In this document: positions 58,131 to 64,000 of the stretch, piece after piece | Layout of the letters: the number at the start of each line of letters is the position of its first letter | Position numbering within the stretch: the first letter of the stretch is position 1 | IMG/VR virus record: IMGVR_UViG_3300046710_000146 | Location: 1-64,000 of that record | DNA length: 64,000 bases | Origin: a virus | Taxonomy: Duplodnaviria > Caudoviricetes | Strand: one strand, 5' to 3' | Translations under genes and position numbers: made by a program | The notes under the pieces: model-generated | What the model was told of the DNA's origin: nothing | Databases searched by the model: none | The model's input: only the letters and a program-made list of their open reading frames with translations

Positions 58131-58487
58131 ATGGATGATATGGAAAAGAACCGCAGCGAGAACGTTGCAAGCTTGGAAACTCAGCTGCAACACGCGCTAT
58201 CTGAGGCCGCAAGGTACAAAGCTATCGCTGACAAATGGGAGCCAGTGTGCCATGCTGAAGTCGGCACCGAGGAGGTGCGTGTTACGCTTTCATTCGGCGG
58301 CAAGCGCTCAACTGCCTCGATCACGTTCGATTCTTTGGCAAGAACTGATGTCGTCACGGCGACCTCGGCAATCGTTGATGTGCTGATTGACAGCAACGTA
58401 GCAGCGCGTCTTCGTGAGGCGGTACAACCTGAGATTGCGCGCATTCAACCATCGTTGAAGGCCGTTGAGAGGGCAGGCAAATGGTGA
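58131..58487 (+). CDS. hypothetical protein
   Basis: GGAG SD. Confidence 0.7.
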   Translation: MDDMEKNRSENVASLETQLQHALSEAARYKAIADKWEPVCHAEVGTEEVRVTLSFGGKRSTASITFDSLARTDVVTATSAIVDVLIDSNVAARLREAVQPEIARIQPSLKAVERAGKW

Positions 58488-58855
58488 ACTGGTTTAAACG
58501 GCTCTTCTCCAGTGAGCGATCGGCTGAGCGCCAGGATGCTGAGCTTCTGTTAGCCGACCGCGATCGGTTCTTTGCAACGATGGAGGCAAGCGATCAGCCA
58601 TGGGCCATGTTCGAGATCAAGGACTTCCCTGCTGATGGACAGATCAAGGTCGAGTTCAACTGGAACAAAGCCTTCATTGCCCGCATTAACGGTCTTGGGT
58701 TCCAAGCCGAGAATGAACAAGACACCGTGCAGCTGTTCTTCTATGCCAGCCAGATGAAACCACAGGATCTTGCTGATGAAGGTGGTGATGGCGATGCGGC
58801 TCAGTCTGACAATCATCCAACCTTGACCGCTGCTACAAATCGAGTAGCACGATGA
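58481..58855 (+). CDS. hypothetical protein
   Basis: overlap-coupled. Confidence 0.7.
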   Translation: MVNWFKRLFSSERSAERQDAELLLADRDRFFATMEASDQPWAMFEIKDFPADGQIKVEFNWNKAFIARINGLGFQAENEQDTVQLFFYASQMKPQDLADEGGDGDAAQSDNHPTLTAATNRVAR

Positions 58856-59106
58856 GCATCTCATTTAAAGATCTAACTTCAGCTGATTTTGCGAAGGCCA
58901 TTAAGAACGGCATTCAGCTGGAGCTTGAAGCGGCGATCGTCAAGGAGCTCACCAATGTCGTGATGCCAAAGATTAAAGAGCTGGCAAAGAAGGCCGCTCG
59001 TGATGTGTGCGAACGGGGTAATGCGCAGATCGTGCATGACGCGATGTCCCAAGAGCTTCGTGCATATGTGTCATTTGATAGTGGCGTGACAATTGAAGAG
59101 GCTTGA
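58852..59106 (+). CDS. hypothetical protein
   Basis: ATGA overlap. Confidence 0.65.
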   Translation: MSISFKDLTSADFAKAIKNGIQLELEAAIVKELTNVVMPKIKELAKKAARDVCERGNAQIVHDAMSQELRAYVSFDSGVTIEEA

Positions 59107-59109
59107 ATT

Positions 59110-60126
59110 ATGAAACGAATGGTATGTGACGTCTCAAATTTATTTTGGAGATCAGTGAGCGCTCAACAGCGGTACGGCCCGGCTGATGCGACTGATTCAG
59201 CTGGTCTCGGGCTGCATATGAGCTTGATGTCGCTGCGCAAGCACTGGAACAACATCAAGCCAGACAAGCTCGCGATTGTGTTCGAAGGAAAGCAGAACTG
59301 GCGGAAAGAATACACCCGCTCTGATCAGTGCTATTCTCAGCGGCTGTACAAGGGAAACCGTGTTGCTGATCCAAGCATGGCTGTTCTGTTTGAGGTCATG
59401 AAGGCCTTTGAAGATCTTGCACGGCAGCATACGAACATCGTGACACTCGTGCACCCACGTCTTGAAGGCGATGATTTGATCGGTGGCTATGCGCATCATT
59501 TTGCTCAGCAGGGCGATGAGGTTGCAATCTTGTCTGGTGACAAGGACTTCGTGCAGTTCCTTGGTAACCCGCTGATCTCGCTGATCAACCCAGATGATGG
59601 CAAACCGCGGACCTTGTTGGATGTCTGTGGGGTTGATGATGCTGGGTACTTCATGTTTGAGAAGTGTTTCCGTGGCGACGCAGGCGACAACGTTCTCCCT
59701 GGGTTGCCGCGCGTTCGCAAGACCAAGCTGCAGAAGGCGTACGGCATAAATGGGGTGCCGGCCGATGACTTCGAGATGACGAACCTGATGAATAGCTCAT
59801 GGGAGTTCATCCACCCCGAGTCAGGCGATAAGCGCATGATGTCTGTCGAGAAGATGTACGTGGAGAATGATCTGTTGATGAACCTCCGTGGGCAGCCACC
59901 TGAGATTCAGGCACTGATCACCCAGGTCATCGAGCATGAAAGTGAGAACCATGGGAAGTTCGACTTCTTCCAGTTCCAGAAGTTCCTTGGCACATACAAG
60001 CTTCAACAGATCGCTGAGCGCTCGACGGACTTTGTGCCGATGTTCAGCGGGAAGTCACCATCAACGGTTCCAGCAAATTCAAAGGTCAAACAGCTCGCTG
60101 AGCGGCTTGGAGGGCTATCATTTTGA
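59110..60126 (+). CDS. rnh: T4 RNase H-like 5'-3' exonuclease (FEN family)
   Basis: DVSN, YKGNR, EGDD, SGDKDFVQ and GDAGDNV. Confidence 0.88.
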   Translation: MKRMVCDVSNLFWRSVSAQQRYGPADATDSAGLGLHMSLMSLRKHWNNIKPDKLAIVFEGKQNWRKEYTRSDQCYSQRLYKGNRVADPSMAVLFEVMKAFEDLARQHTNIVTLVHPRLEGDDLIGGYAHHFAQQGDEVAILSGDKDFVQFLGNPLISLINPDDGKPRTLLDVCGVDDAGYFMFEKCFRGDAGDNVLPGLPRVRKTKLQKAYGINGVPADDFEMTNLMNSSWEFIHPESGDKRMMSVEKMYVENDLLMNLRGQPPEIQALITQVIEHESENHGKFDFFQFQKFLGTYKLQQIAERSTDFVPMFSGKSPSTVPANSKVKQLAERLGGLSF

Positions 60127-60359
60127 TTAAGATCTATCACATCTTTGATGAGGGTGGTGACGATGAAGGTGAGATCGAGGGGATGTTCAACAAAGACGGT
60201 GAACTCCTCGGCGGTTGGTGCTTGAATGACGGGAACTGGCGTGGCGAGTACATGAATGGGTTCTTGGCTGCACTCGGCATTGAAGTCGTTGACGACAGCG
60301 GTCGGAACACGAAGAAGCGAAAAGACATGGTCAAGAAACTGCGTGAGCAACTGGTATGA
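60123..60359 (+). CDS. hypothetical protein
   Basis: GGAGG SD, TTG start. Confidence 0.6.
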   Translation: MIKIYHIFDEGGDDEGEIEGMFNKDGELLGGWCLNDGNWRGEYMNGFLAALGIEVVDDSGRNTKKRKDMVKKLREQLV

Positions 60360-60676
60360 ATATAACGGACCCTAACACTCCAGGTACCCCGTCTTCTCGG
60401 TTCACTCATCTCTTAGGTGAGCTTGATAAGCGGTTCCCAGACAAAAGACCGTTCTCGGCCGATCCCGCCGAGGGTCGATACCTAAACGAGATCGATCGTA
60501 TAATTGCTAAGACTGCCGATAAGCTCGTGCATCAGGTGAAGCTTGATGACTGGGCGCATGTTGTGCGGGTGATGAAGGAATACAAGAAGAAGGTCCATGC
60601 TCGGTACTACCTGCATGTGTCCGAGCTAAAAGAAGGATATCGTGTGAAGATCTTCAAGCGAGCTGCATATGATTGA
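60356..60676 (+). CDS. hypothetical protein
   Basis: ATGA overlap. Confidence 0.65.
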   Translation: MNITDPNTPGTPSSRFTHLLGELDKRFPDKRPFSADPAEGRYLNEIDRIIAKTADKLVHQVKLDDWAHVVRVMKEYKKKVHARYYLHVSELKEGYRVKIFKRAAYD

Positions 60677-61211
60677 TTACGCCCGGCTTGGGCGATCAGT
60701 CGAGCACTACGAGAAGGTTGGGTACACTCACGTTGAGGTGCCTTGGACCGTCACCCAAGCGGTGTCGAATATCACGAAGCCGCCAGGTGCTGGCGAGTAC
60801 TTGATAAACAGCAAGAATAAAGTGCTTGTTGCCTCGGGTGAGCAAGGATTTCTGTACCTCGCCCTAAAGGGGTTCTTGCCACCTGGGAAATTCCAAGCGA
60901 TTACGCCGTGTTTTCGTGATGAGCCATTCGATGTCTCGCACACGAAGTACTTCATGAAGAACGAGCTGATCATCACCGATGATCCGTCTATCGAGATGGT
61001 CAAGAAGATCATAGGCGATGCGTTGGAGTACTTCCATACTGAGCACCCAACGGGGGTGCTGCGCGTAGTTGAAACCGCGGTGGGGTGCGACATCGAGCTG
61101 AATGGCATTGAGCTCGGTTCATATGGGTTACGAAAGACGAGCTTCCTGACCTGGGTGTACGGCACTGGGCTGGCTGAACCCCGATTTACAATGGCGAAGA
61201 ACGCAGCATGA
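60669..61211 (+). CDS. stand-alone class II aminoacyl-tRNA-synthetase-like catalytic core (180 aa)
   Basis: motif 1 GYTHVEVP, motif 2 PCFRDE...YFMKNEL, ELGSYG, motif 3 GTGLAEPR. Confidence 0.75.
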   Translation: MIDYARLGRSVEHYEKVGYTHVEVPWTVTQAVSNITKPPGAGEYLINSKNKVLVASGEQGFLYLALKGFLPPGKFQAITPCFRDEPFDVSHTKYFMKNELIITDDPSIEMVKKIIGDALEYFHTEHPTGVLRVVETAVGCDIELNGIELGSYGLRKTSFLTWVYGTGLAEPRFTMAKNAA

Positions 61212-61390
61212 TTGAAAAAACTAAACTAGAACCCTGCCAAGGGACATGTGAAAAGCACGTCGGAGAAGTATCCGAAGTCGCTGTTTCAGGGTGGGGGACA
61301 TTCTTCTACTGCGAAGAGGCTATTGCAGAAGATAAACGTCGTGGGCTTACCGTTTACAAGGTGCAGAAAAGAGAAGCGCAACATGATTGA
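61208..61390 (+). CDS. small Cys/His-containing protein
   Basis: CQGTCEKH...YC; ATGA overlap. Confidence 0.6.
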   Translation: MIEKTKLEPCQGTCEKHVGEVSEVAVSGWGTFFYCEEAIAEDKRRGLTVYKVQKREAQHD

Positions 61391-61991
61391 GCTAACAGAC
61401 GCGGCTGAGCGGTTCTATAATATGAACCCCCGTGAATATCACAATTACGATCATCACGCCAATGATGTAGTCAGACAAATTTTTACACTCTGTGAAAAGC
61501 CGTCGAATGCACTTGTTCTTGCTGGCGTGTGGCACGACGCCATTTATTTTCCTGGCGCTGATCAAGTTCAGAAGGCGCTGAATGAACACGCCTCGGCAGC
61601 GGCGTTGTTCAGCACGCACAAGACCTTGCGGTCTAAGGTGAAGCAAGCGGATGTGGATCAAGCGATGGTGCTTATCATTGGGACCTGCATCGATGAGCAC
61701 CTATCAGCGCTGCCAAAATCAGGTGATCAAGCGATCTTGATGGACGCGGATCTTGGTGGGTTGGCGGCGCCGTGGCTGCAGTTCATTGATAGTCAGGAAA
61801 AGATCATCCGTGAGAACAATGCCGAGGTGAATGAGACCTCGCTGCGTGCATGCTCCACATTCTTAACTCGGTTGCTGAACTGCCGTCCACATCTGTATCA
61901 CACTGATCTGGCTCGAGAGCTTTATGAAGTCAGGGCCAAAGCGAACATCATTGCATTTGAGGTGCTACATAATGAGCTACCATCTAGCTGA
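61383..61991 (+). CDS. HD-superfamily phosphohydrolase
   Basis: REYHNYDH, WHDAIY, NE..SA and DADL. Confidence 0.8.
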   Translation: MIELTDAAERFYNMNPREYHNYDHHANDVVRQIFTLCEKPSNALVLAGVWHDAIYFPGADQVQKALNEHASAAALFSTHKTLRSKVKQADVDQAMVLIIGTCIDEHLSALPKSGDQAILMDADLGGLAAPWLQFIDSQEKIIRENNAEVNETSLRACSTFLTRLLNCRPHLYHTDLARELYEVRAKANIIAFEVLHNELPSS

Positions 61992-62214
61992 AATTGAACG
62001 GGGTGTATTCGGCGAGTTCTCCAAGATCGAGGAGGAGTTCCTCGAGGCGAAGGATGCCCTAGCACAGGAGAACCCGGTGATGGTTCTTCAAGAGCTGAGC
62101 GACATGCTTGGCGCCATTGAGGCGTACACTGCCAGATACAACATCACGCTGATTGATTTGATCATCATGAAGGACGCCACGAAGCGTGCATTTGAGAGCG
62201 GACATCGGTCATGA
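61972..62214 (+). CDS. MazG-like all-alpha NTP pyrophosphohydrolase
   Basis: KIEEEFLE...QELSD; GAGG SD. Confidence 0.7.
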   Translation: MSYHLAEIERGVFGEFSKIEEEFLEAKDALAQENPVMVLQELSDMLGAIEAYTARYNITLIDLIIMKDATKRAFESGHRS

Positions 62215-62471
62215 GTAACTTCGTTCAAGAGCTGCCAGTTGATCCGGAAGAAGGGTGCTTGGTCTGGCTGTCGCTCGGCAAAGAGGGATTTTGGTCTGAG
62301 CAGCTTTTCAAAGATGGCAGGTGGTGTGAAGTTGGAGGTATGGCCGTGCCATATATTCCATCAGAGTTTAAGAAGCTAATTCCATTGCTCCGTGTGGCAT
62401 CAGAGCGCTCAATGACTCTTGAGAAACTTGGGATGTTTCCAATGGGTAGCCCCGAGGTAAAAAGCTCCTAG
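62211..62471 (+). CDS. hypothetical protein
   Basis: ATGA overlap. Confidence 0.6.
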   Translation: MSNFVQELPVDPEEGCLVWLSLGKEGFWSEQLFKDGRWCEVGGMAVPYIPSEFKKLIPLLRVASERSMTLEKLGMFPMGSPEVKSS

Positions 62472-62587
62472 CAGGTGCTTTCGGCCGGGCCTTGTAAATA
62501 AAGTGCGGCTTCGTCCGCACAAAGGGTTCAGGTCAGCTGTTGCTGCCCTGGTAAATCGTTCACGATTACCCATACAAGGAGCATAGA

Positions 62588-63016
62588 ATGGCAACACGTA
62601 ATGTTATCGAAAAGCGCGCGACTGATCTCCGCCACGTTTTCCTCATTGACTGGAACGACGATGGTCTCCTGAAGGAGATTGCAGTCGTCATGGAAACGAC
62701 AGATGGCACGATCTTCGGCATTCAAGTTGATCGGCTTCACCCGATTGACAAAGGCCGTCTGAAAAAGGTGGTCACGAGTGTGCACGCAGACAAATATCCG
62801 CTGTGGGAACTTCTCTCACAAGGCAAGTTGAACAATGGCATGAACGCATTGGACTTCTTCCATACAAACTACGTGAAGATTAAACGTCCACGTGGTGCGG
62901 TTGTTGGCGGCGGCTTGGCTACTATTCAACTCGACCTGGATGATGGCAAGCAAATTGGCTCGCAGTTCTCGGACCCACGTGGCGCCGTGGTTGCGGGTGA
63001 ACGTCCACAGATGTAA
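62588..63016 (+). CDS. late hypothetical protein (monocistronic)
   Basis: TAAATA 62495, AAGGAG SD, terminator downstream. Confidence 0.8.
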   Translation: MATRNVIEKRATDLRHVFLIDWNDDGLLKEIAVVMETTDGTIFGIQVDRLHPIDKGRLKKVVTSVHADKYPLWELLSQGKLNNGMNALDFFHTNYVKIKRPRGAVVGGGLATIQLDLDDGKQIGSQFSDPRGAVVAGERPQM

Positions 63017-63035
63017 TTCATCTGGGCGCAAGCAG

Positions 63036-63059
63036 AAGGTCGCTTCGGCGACCTTTTTT
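63036..63059 (+). terminator. intrinsic terminator with cUUCGg loop
   Basis: AAGGTCGC-TTCG-GCGACCTT-TTTT. Confidence 0.9.
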
Positions 63060-63170
63060 GTTAACCTGAACAGGAGAAACACCGTTAATTAAACGCTCTG
63101 TATAATGAGCCTACCTCTGACCCATAGAATAGACGGGGGAACCCGCTGAACTATCACTAAGGAGATACCA

Positions 63171-63812
63171 ATGTACAAGATCCATGCAGCCCTTGCGGTT
63201 GTACTTTCTCTTGTTACCGCTGCCGTCTTGAAGCTTGATTTCTTGATGCCAGAACCAACCGCAAACGTCGTGTTGGCCGAAAAATCGAACGTCATTCTCG
63301 GCGGGCAGGCAGCCGTCGTAGTTCCTGGCGATCTCTCAACATCTCAACATCTGATTCTGAACAAGGCATATGAGCAGGCAAAGGCCGACGGGCACAAGAA
63401 CCCCGAGCTCGTGCAGGGTGTGCTGCTCCAAGAATCCAAGGCGGGTGGCATGGCATCGTACAAGGTCGCCGGAAATAAAGGCGACGAGTACTTTGGGCTT
63501 GGGCAGTTGAAGCTGTCCGCTGTCCGTGATGTGATGTTGAAGTGGCCTGCACTTTGGGCGAAGTACAAGTTCCAGACGCGCACCGATGATGAACTGAAAG
63601 CGAACTTGATCTTGAACCACGCGTTCAACATTGAGTGCACGTCAAAATACCTGCGGCTGCTGCAGCTCACGTACGGCTTTCAAGGTCGTGAGCTGGTGAA
63701 CGCGTATAATCGCGGGCCTGGTGGCGTGAAGGCAATAAACAACGCCGACTTCCACTACGCAATAGGTGTTGAACAGAAGCTAGCAAGTGCCCGGCGCAGT
63801 GGGAAGATGTGA
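63171..63812 (+). CDS. lytic transglycosylase (SLT-like) with N-terminal signal/anchor
   Basis: LQES, GLGQL, NIE...KYL and AYNRGPG; AAGGAG SD. Confidence 0.85.
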   Translation: MYKIHAALAVVLSLVTAAVLKLDFLMPEPTANVVLAEKSNVILGGQAAVVVPGDLSTSQHLILNKAYEQAKADGHKNPELVQGVLLQESKAGGMASYKVAGNKGDEYFGLGQLKLSAVRDVMLKWPALWAKYKFQTRTDDELKANLILNHAFNIECTSKYLRLLQLTYGFQGRELVNAYNRGPGGVKAINNADFHYAIGVEQKLASARRSGKM

Positions 63813-63842
63813 AGATGTGAAGATGTGAAGATGTGAAGATGT
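63803..63842 (+). repeat. 8-bp tandem repeat GAAGATGT x5
   Basis: read directly; spans the transglycosylase stop codon. Confidence 0.95.
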
Positions 63843-63870
63843 GTTTTGATCCAACTTTAGAAAGTGTAAA

Positions 63871-64000
63871 ATGAAAAAAACTCTTATTGCAATGAGTCTC
63901 GTGTTTACGGCTGCATTGGCAAATGCAAATATGGTCATGATTGGTGAGTCTGCAACGGGTGGGCTACGGCTCATGGTGGATGCGCAATCTCTCGTCAAGA
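63871..64000 (+). CDS. secreted protein, truncated by the window end
   Basis: MKKTLIAMSLVFTAALANA signal peptide. Confidence 0.65.
   Translation, partial: MKKTLIAMSLVFTAALANANMVMIGESATGGLRLMVDAQSLVK

Noticed and set aside
62500-62580. tRNA gene
   Set aside because: Hairpins present, but no acceptor stem, TTC-containing T-arm context or CCA arrangement.
63803-63842. CRISPR array
   Set aside because: 8-bp head-to-tail repeats with no spacers; no cas genes.
1-64000. Stop-codon reassignment
   Set aside because: Conserved enzymes are full length in the standard code and all three stop codons end genes.

Overview
This is a 64-kb segment of a large (jumbo-type, distantly T4-related) dsDNA bacteriophage genome. 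It uses the standard genetic code and is densely coded, mostly on the + strand. Replication and repair genes: both type II topoisomerase subunits, a family B DNA polymerase split into two genes, a probable sliding clamp, an RNase H/5'-3' exonuclease, DsbA-like protein, DenV and Fpg/Nei glycosylases. Nucleotide and sugar metabolism: ThyA, a P-loop kinase, a DEDDh exonuclease, a KdsD-like isomerase and a nucleotidyltransferase-kinase fusion. RNA repair and ADP-ribose handling: Rnl1, Tpt1/KptA, Thg1, macrodomain, SLOG, a cyclic-phosphate receiver domain and a PTH2-like protein. Also present: two J-domain proteins, a MoxR-vWA pair, PhoH, a tail-fibre/virion cluster (about 20.7-31 kb), an SLT transglycosylase and four antisense free-standing endonuclease genes. 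The most unusual observations are: (1) a 180-aa stand-alone class II aaRS catalytic core next to HD and MazG-like hydrolases; (2) homing endonucleases whose promoters and starts interlock head-to-head with essential neighbours; (3) pervasive leaderless promoter-ATG spacing, with a GTTACA direct-repeat element and TAAATA late promoters paired with RBS-masking hairpins; (4) a sugar-nucleotide module suggesting DNA glycosylation; (5) an Fpg/Nei whose catalytic Pro sits behind an N-terminal extension. All functional calls come from motif recognition by eye; no database search was run. No tRNA, rRNA or CRISPR array was seen.
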